64,000 bases of DNA from Macrostomum lignano (Eukaryota). The DNA lies in assembly GCA_002269645.1 (NCBI GenBank), contig NIVC01000757.1:21036-85035 (forward strand). The letters are read 5' to 3'. This document shows, one piece after another, positions 37,412 to 47,889 of the stretch. The position numbers were made by a program, and so were the translations under genes. The notes beneath the pieces were generated by a model that saw only the letters and a list, made by a program, of their open reading frames with translations, ran no database searches and had not been told where the DNA came from. Each line of letters begins with the position of its first letter. Position 1 is the first letter of the stretch.

Positions 37412-38379
37412 CCTCTGAACACCATCATGCGAATAGTTGTGACATTCAAGTTGAACAACTGGTCGTTGGTCCGTGCAGTCGAACCAAGTGTTACTTTTTG
37501 GTTGCGGTTTATAAAACATTTGACTGGTTTACGCTTAACTGGTGGAGTATTTAACTTTTCAAATAACGTTTGCTTGTTTTTTGTCTGAAATTTAATTGAA
37601 TGTTTCAATAAATATTAGTTTTATGATTAGGCATTACACTTAAACTATAGTGACTATTCTTTCTCCTTCCAAGACAGAAAGGTATTTCTCGCAGGCCTGG
37701 CTCCTACGAAAGTTTCAAACAGAATTCCTACAACAATTTGCAAGCAATCGAGATTACATGTAAGCCCATTGCCAAGATTCAAGAAATCAATGTTTTCAGT
37801 TTGTAACATATTAGTTGTAACGCTGACGAATGTATGCTTTATATTCTCACAACATTTATCGCATCCAAGTAAGCCTTGGACTAGTTGAAATTACATTGAG
37901 CAGTCCTGAAGACGTAAGAGTGCACTGAGCGACTCGCTCTAGGAAGGAGGAGCACTGAAGTTGCCCCCCCCCGAGAGTTTCCCGCAATACTTTAATTTTT
38001 ACTGCAGTGCAGTTAGCTTCACGCGGATTTTGTCTGCATTGCATTTTGCCCCCAGTTTTTATGAAAATGCTGAAAAATTCCTTAAGTCGGAAAATTGTTT
38101 GACGCTTCATAAGAAAATACAGCTCATACATATAGGAAACCTCTGTTTTGAGTTATTACCACAACCTAGTTATGCTATGGTCAACAATGGTTGTCTGGGC
38201 AGAGCCGCATGGTTCAAAGTATAATTAGTGATTATCTGCTCATCAGTAGCCCTTTAATCGTTGCTACATCGCCAATTTGTTGTTCTTCTCCTGTATTGAT
38301 CACAAAACTAGCACTGCTTAGATGCAGTTGTCGTGGCTGAAGTGAGCCAATGGCTTCAACGATCCTTTAAAAGCCTTTA

Positions 38380-38960
38380 ACTGGCTGGCCGATGATTTTT
38401 CCCTCAAAAGCCACAAGATACGGACAAGCTGAAGGAATTTCTAATGAAGGAAACAAATACAATCGCATAGTCAAGACTTGGCCTATCGGTACGCTTTCCA
38501 CCATCTGAAGCAAGAAGCAAGAAGCAAAAGCAAGTTTGTATTTAGCTTTGCCAACATGGAGACTGTCAGAAAGCTTCTGACCGAAAAAAGGAAGGACCTC
38601 ACTCGGGAGAAGGTGACGTCCGTGGCCAGTGCATGTGAAGCCGCGACGCCAATGTGAAAGAAAAAATGAAAGAAGTGACGCTTTTCTGATCAATAAAACG
38701 GCTCCACAACACAAGCTGGATACAAGACAGAAAGATCACAAAACATCCACTTTAGTCTCGTCGGAAGTATAACCAACGGAATCAAGGAGACCAAGTAAAC
38801 TGCTTCTGCTGTGACAGGAACAGACACCACAAGGACGTGTGCCGACATCGTTCGAAAATGTGCTTGACCTTTGGAAAGACAGGTCATTTCAAAGCTGCGT
38901 GCAGATCAAGTATCTCCAGAACAGTTGAAGTGGAGTGGAGTTGAGACACTTTGAGGAAGG
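38380..38960 (+). mobile_element. Degenerate LTR-retrotransposon gag remnant
   Basis: RYAFHHLKQE (38487) followed by paired zinc knuckles CFCCDRNRHHKDVC and CLTFGKTGHFKAACRS (~38797-38908). Confidence 0.6.
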
Positions 38961-40779
38961 CACGGAAAGACACTATTGATACTAAAAAGAGAGAAACGTA
39001 ACTGAAGTATCTGGCAGAACTGAATAGACAGAACTGACTGAGATCAGAGTCATCAGAGAGATGATCGCAGTCAGCGCACATGAAATGCAACTGACTGACT
39101 GCGCTATTCTACCCCTAGGAAGACTAGGTGACACACGAACTATTGCGAACTCTTGGACGGTACCAAGGTCTATTTGGGAGGAGTGTTTGACGCCTTGTAA
39201 GAATAAAGAGCTCATATGCTAAGTTATCCATTTAAGTTATTCCAACGGCCTAGTTAATCTATGGTTAATAATGTGTGAGCAGAGCCGCAGGGCTCAAAAT
39301 ATAATAAGCGTCTGCTCAAGCTACATCACCGCTCAAGCGTATTAGTGATGTAGATATGCACGAGTGTATAAGCACTGGAAAAGCGCTTACATCGGAGTGA
39401 AAAAAACAACGACCTCTTCTCGTCTCGAACAGAGCTATCCAAGCAGACCAGCTCCAGGCTAGCCGATCTCAATGCCCAATAACGAAGCAGTAGAGGTTTG
39501 AGGGCCAATCCAGCAGCCTGCATATGCGTGACAAAGAAAACTGGCAGCAAATGCTTGGGGAAATTGATGGTTGCCTAGCGCTAAAGCCTTACCCCGCTAA
39601 AACAATTCAATTTTTTTTATATGGTGCCTGCGTTATTTTTGACCATAAAATACACTGCCTTAAATAGATACTCAGTTCTGCGAATTTTGAGATGTGAGCC
39701 TCACCTCACCTCACCTTTGGAGGCCAGTGCGTCTGAAAGTCTTTCTGTCTTGTATGCATATAAGATAACAGAAAAATAAAACCTGTTATAAAACCTGATG
39801 ATAGCTTTTGCTGGAATAGAAGAGTTTTTGGTAATAAGTAGAAACTGGGGGAAGAGGCAAACCTTTAAAGAAAGACTCAATTTTTTACTTTTGGCTCATA
39901 ATGTACTTCATTTTCATGCTATAAGAGTAGCGTTTTGAACAACATGCTGGTTACTAGAAGTGGAGTTGACAGTTTTAGATCCGGCAGCACTTAAATCGGC
40001 TCTGCTTCCATCGGACTATCAGGGTGAATCTCATCACTCTAATAGAGACAGTGTGAAGTTTCTTCGTCGAAAGCTTTTAGAAGCCACTAATCAATGTCTG
40101 TCTCTTAATTCGCCTGCTAATTTCAGATATTCTTAGACAGACAGGTTAGTACGCTGGTATTGTAGATTTAGGGGTAGTACTATAAAGCTGTCGTAGCGTA
40201 AGTTCGATCGCACGTCAGAACTTTTACACTGCGGAGATCGGACCTAAGAACGATCTTATCTTACGATGGCTTTATAGAACGAGCCCTTAGGGTTCTTGAT
40301 CTTGTAGCTAATTTATGTATCAATCTATAAAAATCCATTGGTATTTTTACTATACTGTTTGCCTTAAATTTACTGTCCTTTCTTCTAAGCAACCGACAAA
40401 TACAGTTAAATCTTACATTTAAAGCATTGTTTTTTATGGTTCGCGCACCCATGCATTGATGGTATTGCTGCATGGCATTGTACCAGGACGCGCAATAAGC
40501 GCTATTGTGAAAGCGTGCTTAAAAGGCTTGTGATCACGTATTGGCTAGTGTAATGTTGTGCACTAGAAATTTAGCTACAAATATCGTGATTACAATATAG
40601 CTTTTTGCAGCCCATTTAGGGCTTACGCCCATTGAATTTAATCCAAGATACGTTTTTTAGTGCTATGGAGTTTTGTCCATGGTAGCTCGTAGGTCGTAGC
40701 ACAGCGGATATTAATTCGGTCCAACGAGCATCAATTTAGTCCGTAGCTTCATTTGCAACTGCTGCGGAGGAGCAAGATC

Positions 40780-40930
40780 AGCCCCAGAATTGTGGACCAC
40801 ATGCTAGGCTGTCGAACTCGAGCGAATGCCATAATCGGCGCGCTTGACGGAGATGAACACCCAAAGGACATTGCAAGGTTGTTGAATGTAAAAGAAAAGA
40901 TAGGTTTACAGCATCCATCAGCGCGCTTAA
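40780..40930 (+). mobile_element. Possible Tc1/mariner transposase HTH remnant
   Basis: RANAIIGALDGDEHPKDIARLLNV resembles the N-terminal HTH of Tc1/mariner transposases; no catalytic domain could be recovered. Confidence 0.3.
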
Positions 40931-42544
40931 ACTACTGCCAGCATAAGTCGCCTGCGAAAGGGTAGCAATCGCCAAGGCAAGTTGCTGGAGCCTCAGGTCC
41001 AATACTCAATGGAATTGAGAAACCCTTTGTTGACGCTGTAGAAAATACAGTAGAAGTTAATTAGGAACAGCTCCAGTTGGTTATCAGATTTCGACTATCA
41101 GCAGAGCTCTGGAAAAGTGACTGATAATTGTTGTTAGAGACGCTGAAATTCCAGCGTTACGCGACAACCTACTGACGGTTGCGAGAAGGCAAGAGTTCGC
41201 CAAATGGCTCACGGACGTTTGGACCAAATTGTTGTTGGACCAAATTAAATGCCGCGGTCATCAACGATGGTAATCACGCACTGGAACATGGATGAAGTAA
41301 TATCATGGATTTGCTCATCTGGGAAATGTCTCCCCCCCATCTTGGGTAGTCCCCCGCTTCAATTGCATTGGCTGAGTGAGTCTATAAATACTTTCCTCGT
41401 TTCAAAGTTATTGGTTTTAGCTTGGGTTGGGGCCACAGACAATTTGCAGATGAACAATCCATGCATTTCCTTAAACTATGGGCTGTAGGCAGGATGGGAG
41501 GTCACTAGGTGCATTTGCTTGGGTGAATTTGGACAATAGCGCGGAGGTTGGGGTGGGTAGGGAATGAGTCATCGGGGGGGACCTGAGTATCGGGTATCGC
41601 TGGTTGGGATCGGGCATGGACGGCGCATTGGGAGAAAAGACATTTAAACTTTTGTAAACAACTGTACATTGATTTGAGCAATCCTGGACCTGCGGAGCTT
41701 TCAGCGGTAATGCTAATCAGCCTTAAAGTGTTCGTTCCTACCGCCATCGAGCTAGCTTTATTACATCAGAGTTGTGTGATTTGATAGCGATGGCTTATCA
41801 ATTTTGGGAAGCAAACATCCGAAATCCGGACGACTCTGATGACGGCAGAGGACGAGAGGACACGGCAGAAGATGCAGCGACAATGCAGCTGCTGTACAAA
41901 AGCAGTTTAAGGATTTTGGAGCAGCCGACCTACCCAGGAGGGTCGACTTTCAAATCGAAAGCAAGTCGTCTGTAGATCCAGCTGTACGTAAGCAACTCAG
42001 GTACTGTTTGGCACGCTGCTACGTTATTATTATGCATATCTACTGTTTTTTTCAGGTGCACTTTACTTCTTTTAATTCCCCATTTAAGGTTTGTAATAGC
42101 GCCGGGTGCTTTATTCATTACTAGGCATTAGACTCATTTTTATCAATGCTCTGCATCATTAAATTGTATTTGTCTAATGTTTTGGCTTAAGATCTACGAG
42201 TAATCTGATCGACCTTGCTAGATCATTTGGTCCATTGGCCAAGTTCCCTTATTTACTGCTTTGTGGTCCCTGTGTGTGTGTTTTCAGCGCGTCATTGATA
42301 ACATGCGTGTTTAGTGATAACCGAAATCATTGGTCAATATCATAAATTCACACTGATTTATACGAGCGTACAGCTTAAATCGACTTAGATACGACAGATG
42401 CGATTCAGGATAGTACTCAACACAAATCCACTTACACTCTACTGTACTGACGTTGAGTTTTAGGCCAGTCTCTGTGAGTCCGGTCTATGATATCCGTATG
42501 CGCGGAGAGCTCTCGTGCACTCTAGGAGGATCGACTCGTATGAC

Positions 42545-42665
42545 TATCGCGACCCCATTGTTCGATTCCGTGTGCGCCCACATTGATCTGGGGCTGTGTG
42601 CAGTTCACAGCCGTGAGGGCCAACCCCCAAGGCTCAGAGAGTGTACATGCCTGACGATTAGACAG
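42545..42665 (+). mobile_element. tRNA-derived SINE family A, diverged copy 3 with internal deletion
   Basis: GCGACCCC..GTTCGATTCC...TGGGGCTG...TGAGGGCCAACCCCCAAGG...GTGTACATGCCTGACGAT matches the reverse complement of 1770-1972. Confidence 0.65.
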
Positions 42666-43925
42666 TCAAAGGGCAGTCGAATGGGCGGAATTGCCTCAGG
42701 AAGAAATTATGAAACGATATCACCGAAGGCGTCCTGCAATTTTTTGTATTTCCTAACAGCTTTTCCCAAGCGCCCAGCCAACTCCAACCCTCTATCTGTC
42801 CGTGCAGCTCAAGAGCTAGAGTGTTGCTCAGTGCATCTTTTAGTTAAAATTGGTTTGACCAAATTGAGTTGGCCGTACGCGCGTTCCTGCCAATAAGGCT
42901 GACAATATCAGTAGGCAATTTCATTTTTAGTATATTTGATTTGATTTCGATCATGGCGTATCCTGCTTTAAAAGCTTTTTAAACTTGGGGTTGAATTGAC
43001 TACAGCGGGGATAGGGATCTATCAATAATATACGACTCGTATATACTTACTCGTAGTAAGGCTCGTGTGTAAGCCTTCACTCGCCACTCCATCAGCAACC
43101 ACAAATGAAAGTCGCAGATCTAATCTTCTTTTTCGTGCTTTAATATTGAGTAAAATTTTTACCAGTTCGACCCTATTTCGTACAGACCATATTTCACAGT
43201 CGTTTGATTTGCTAGATAGAAGAGCAGCTAATCAAGCATCGGGGACTACGACTGTGGATGCACTCTACAAAACAGGGGGTGCTTTTTCTCTAAATGCAAC
43301 GTCGAGATAAATTTTCAGCTGTTTAGCACTAAAAATTCACAATATCTTATCTTCAAGACTTCCGAATTGGAAACAGAGCACGCATCGTACTAATATCGAA
43401 TTATATCGAATTTGCAAGAAAATGTACTCTTAGGCTTACTTTTTGGCGATATACGGTACTTGTAGATAGTCACTACCCAGCTAAGTGAACTAAACAGCTT
43501 ATTATTGCTGAAAAATTTTGATTTATATTTATATAGAAGACTCGCGAAAAATGAAGTAAACATAGTGAAGAATATTTAAATTATTAGCACAAGAAAAGCT
43601 GCATAAATTTAGTAAAAACTACCGGATAGATTTGTTCTCAAGCTATTAATTTGGGCAGTGCAGTCGCAATTGACTTATGGTTTGGTTTTTTCACACGAAA
43701 GGAACAAGCACTAAAATTGAATTTGAATGACAATGCTACAAATAGAGATTAAGGAACGCACCGTAAAATATTTATTAGTGTTAATATTTGAGTCTTTAAG
43801 TCTTCGACTTTGTATTGATTTAGCAAAAATGTTTTTTTGACGTGAGGTGGAAAGTCATTGGTCAGTATACAGTATAGTCGTCTTCTGCGTTAATGGAATT
43901 CTCTATTGTCAGCACGTCTCGCAGT

Positions 43926-45743
43926 TTAGCTTCTGTGGTTGAGCCTGATTGACAGATAGGTTAGCAGAGCCAAAAACAGAACAAACCCCAGGCAGCTGCA
44001 CACAACGATGATGATCAGCAGGTGCTCGGAGGTCAACCCGCCTTTTTGGAGAATCGGCGCAGCCGGCAGCGCCTCGATGAGTTTCGTTGGAGCTGGAGCA
44101 TTCAACAAATTGATCTCCTGCTCGCAGAAGCGCTGTCCATACAGAGTACGGGCGATTGTTTCGTGATTAGATGACGGTACCATGCCCAAAGCCATGGCTT
44201 CAGCCATCTGTCTCGACCTTGTCGGGTCGTAGCAAGCATTTAAGGGCCACAGAGTGAAGTTCAGGTAGTTTCGACAAGCTGGATCGCATCCAGTCCGAGC
44301 AAAGCAGTTGTTGGCGGCCATTTCCGACATCACTCGATTCGGCATTTCTCCACTCCTCATCGACGTGATGTTACAGTCTCGTTCCACATGCGGAACTATG
44401 TTGCTTGCAACCCAGCACAAGTTGATTGCAGCTATAGCCATACACTGGGTCAGTCTCTCTGACGCAGGAACCCTGGCCTTATTTGGATACAACCACAGAA
44501 ATGACAGGCACATTTCGTCATTTTTAGCGGCTCCAGAAAATACCGTCCGGTCATTCTTCAGTGTGGTAAAGTAGCACTCTGTTTTCAATTCATCTCCGGG
44601 TTGATACTCAACCGTTTGGTTCAAGAAAATAACTTTTGGAGAGTTGTAACTGTATTCCTGGAGCGGCCAGATGTCCCTCACTAAAGTTTCATTCCTCCAG
44701 AGAGAAATGCGTCCTCTAATACCGTTGGTGTGCATGTAGATGCCTACTCCTGTGATGTAGCGAGTCTCAGTGTGGTACCGGTTAGTGCACACCGAAGGGC
44801 ACGTGTGGTTCACGCTGATCAACGGCTGTCGCGGTGGGAGAACGAGATTTCCCTCGCCATACATCACAGTTCCCAAGTCGGATGGTCGCAGGTTTTGTGT
44901 AAAGTAGAGAGCGAAGCCAGAAGCGTCGGTGTAGCCTGAATGCCTCGCCGGGTTGTTCCAGTGAAGCTGCAAAACTCCGTACCGAAAGCCATCACCGCCG
45001 ATTCGGAACCCCGCGTTGCTATTGATGCACTCGCCTTCGAGTCCGTAGGCCCAAAGGTTCATCATCTGGGTGCAGTTTCTGTGGCCCATTAAACACTGCC
45101 GTGGATTATCGAACAGCGTCTGTTCTGGCTTGACACTGCAGGCGTACATAATCATGTGGTGCATGACGTTCTTGTTGTCGATGATCGGCCTCGATCCGAT
45201 CAGGTGAACCGGAGAGGCAGTGTTGTTCAGCTCGAACGCCTGACAGACGTATGTCGTCTCAGTGGCGGGCACGGGAGTCGGTTTGAGGGTGAAGTTTCTC
45301 ACGAAAACACCGGGCTCTTCGAATGCTGGACAGCTGAAGGCCTTCGGACACACGGTCCACGAGTTCTTGCACGTCGCGGAGTCGAGCGGGCAGATGCCAG
45401 GGTGGGACAGTCCAGTCGTTCGCGCCGGAGCCGCACCGACCTTCCACACGCAGTCGGGGTCTCCGAGCTCTTGGCCGTTCGTGATTCCGTCGCCGTCCGA
45501 GTCCTTGCGGCACAGGTCGATTGTCCAGCTGAAGCTGGCGGCCTTGAAGTCCAAGCCGAAGGGATTTATAGCGTCAGCACCGGCGGGACTCTGGTGTCCG
45601 AGTCCGACCCAGATGTCGCCTTGCTGGCACGGATTCGGGACCCGGTCGCCGTTCGGTATTCGGGACTGGAACATTCTGTACGCGTGAGAGCAGCTGAGCA
45701 GTGCGGCCAGAGCCGCATATATTATCAGCGCATTTTTTGTCAT
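43926..45743 (-). CDS. Temptin-domain copper monooxygenase, paralogue 5 (intact ORF, 605 aa, TM present, short tail, CuM His replaced by Tyr)
   Basis: ATG at 45743; signal peptide, temptin domain, HH, H and DEMC are present. HxH reads IYMHT (TAC at 44738-44736). TM segment EHLLIIIVVCSCLGFVLFLALLTYL. Confidence 0.88.
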   Translation of the reverse strand: MTKNALIIYAALAALLSCSHAYRMFQSRIPNGDRVPNPCQQGDIWVGLGHQSPAGADAINPFGLDFKAASFSWTIDLCRKDSDGDGITNGQELGDPDCVWKVGAAPARTTGLSHPGICPLDSATCKNSWTVCPKAFSCPAFEEPGVFVRNFTLKPTPVPATETTYVCQAFELNNTASPVHLIGSRPIIDNKNVMHHMIMYACSVKPEQTLFDNPRQCLMGHRNCTQMMNLWAYGLEGECINSNAGFRIGGDGFRYGVLQLHWNNPARHSGYTDASGFALYFTQNLRPSDLGTVMYGEGNLVLPPRQPLISVNHTCPSVCTNRYHTETRYITGVGIYMHTNGIRGRISLWRNETLVRDIWPLQEYSYNSPKVIFLNQTVEYQPGDELKTECYFTTLKNDRTVFSGAAKNDEMCLSFLWLYPNKARVPASERLTQCMAIAAINLCWVASNIVPHVERDCNITSMRSGEMPNRVMSEMAANNCFARTGCDPACRNYLNFTLWPLNACYDPTRSRQMAEAMALGMVPSSNHETIARTLYGQRFCEQEINLLNAPAPTKLIEALPAAPILQKGGLTSEHLLIIIVVCSCLGFVLFLALLTYLSIRLNHRS

Positions 45744-47889
45744 TATTTCTGCGCTATTGCAAGTTAAACTAAAATTGTATTGAGCTAATTAATGCATTAA
45801 ATACTTATGTCAAGATTTAGAGAGAAAGGCATGTGCAGAGCTCTACGTGAAGACCACTGTGAGAAATTAGTAAATTTAGTATACAACGTGCGTAGGCTTT
45901 AAGCGGGCAATTATAAGTAATAATAGTGTGCACAATGAAACGTGCGCAATTTAATTAGATTACGCGGATAATTACGCGGTTAATTAACAAAATTCAGCAT
46001 CAAATGACCAGCGGGGCATCACGCTAACAGTGCAGTCAACAATAAGAGAATATAGGGCATGGTGCATCATTCCAGTGGCAGTTGGCAGATCCGGCTTCAA
46101 AAATCTTCAAAGCAACTAGCAACGAATCGTTTCACCATGAATTCTTTGGTTACCACCTCTACCGTTATGCTTAAAGTAACTTGCCTGACACAGGGCATTA
46201 GCGTTTACACTATTCTTGATTTCAAAAGTAAGTCCAGTACAGTATTGGACTACTGAGCATTTGAAATTTTACTGCCAACTTGACTGATTAAGCATTAGGA
46301 TTTAAACTAGAGTTAGAATTGTGGTGGTAGTAAGAAAATCTATGTTAGGGTTGTGGCCCGGCAGTTGTGTGACCAAACTGTCGAATTCAGCATTTTTGTC
46401 GAATTCAGCAGTCAAAAATAAAAAAGGCAGTCAAATGACATGGAGTCGTCGATAGGTCCCTATCCCAGCTATAGTCAGCCTAAGCCAATTTCGAAATTGC
46501 TCGCTCGTATCCCATTGGCGGTTCCCATTGGGCGGCAAAAGCACGGACGAACTGAAATTGGAGCGCATGACTTCTTTGGCTCGCAATTGAGGCACTGAAC
46601 TGCACAGACATATGGAGGGCAATCGAGAAGGGTTGGGTGGTAGGGTAGTTTGGGCGTTAGTAGGGAAGCGCTGTTAGCTCCTCTGACTTACTGTCTTACA
46701 ATATACCCCGGGAGGCTATTGGAGAACTTTGTGCACATAAAGATATTATATACCAGGCGAAATAACTGAGCACAAGTGGCGGACGGATCCACTCAACGTC
46801 AGCACAGGAGAGTGGGTAGCTAATTTCTAGTTCGCCTCCGAATCGAGACTGTCGCTTGATAACTAAAAATTGGTTATACCAAAATAACCCATTGGTAACA
46901 TATATCCATATATTAAAAATTATAAGCTAATATTGTAATATTCACTGAAAGGGGGAATAAACTTTCAGCAGAATTTGCGGTAAGTTCTTTATTTACTTTT
47001 TATCATACGTGGATCGGTTTTGACCGCAAAATAAAGTAGTTTCTGCATACGATATTGCAAAGGTAGATTTAAACGTACAAGATATCGTTACATACAAAAG
47101 AATGATAAAAAGCATCAAAAGATACGAGTATACATGCAGCCGAACTATGTAAATTACGAGTGTATATACATGTACAGGCAAAAGTTTAGGTCAAAGACCG
47201 AATGATCTACAACATTAGTTCGTTCAATGACCAACGTCATACACCAAGAATCAAGGTAATAGACCATAGACTAAACTACGCTTGTAGTTGCCATATACCG
47301 CAGACCCAGGGTCTTGGACATAGACAATTGTTTGTTTCAGTCATGTTGATAAAATAGCCAGTCAATTTGATAATCCCCATTTCGCTGCAACAACAGTCTA
47401 CTGCTACAGAACTGCACTTGACCATAGACAATACACACAATAAAGCAAATTGATTGGAAGATTTCGTTAAAAAATCACTAATTTTAGAAATCAAGTTGCG
47501 TAGCCAGAATTTATGCTGTGACATTTTTTATTTCATTGTCTTTTTAGTCATTAAATTGCCGATGCATTTATGGAATCACAAAGGAAAAAATTCATAAAAA
47601 TGAAGCTCAGTCATGTAACTGCTCTTATCAATTAGAAAAATCTGCCAGTGGAGTCGCTGAATGGCGTAATAATTGCCCTTTTAACTCGTCATTGTGTCCG
47701 GGTAAAAGTTCTTTACAATGCCAGCCTTTGCGATTTGAAACTTATCTGAACTTTACTATTGACGCTTTAATAAGTTACATATTGTCGAAAGCTCTCTGGT
47801 CATTGATGTTTGAACAGTATATTGCTCTCTCTTCACAGATCATCGCCCTCTCCTCGAGGACCTTGCTACAGCGGCTACAAATATACGCG

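Noticed and set aside
39970-40130. Exon-like open stretch (VLDPAALKSALLPSDYQG...)
   Set aside because: No recognisable homology and no partner exons could be placed.
41772-42090. Possible CACTA/EnSpm-like fragment (LEQPTYPGGSTF)
   Set aside because: A single weak motif, with no termini or catalytic residues.
47692-47889. N-terminal extension of the LicD ORF from a TTG start
   Set aside because: Eukaryotic context; a splice acceptor at 47838 precedes the plausible ATG at 47890 and its signal anchor.
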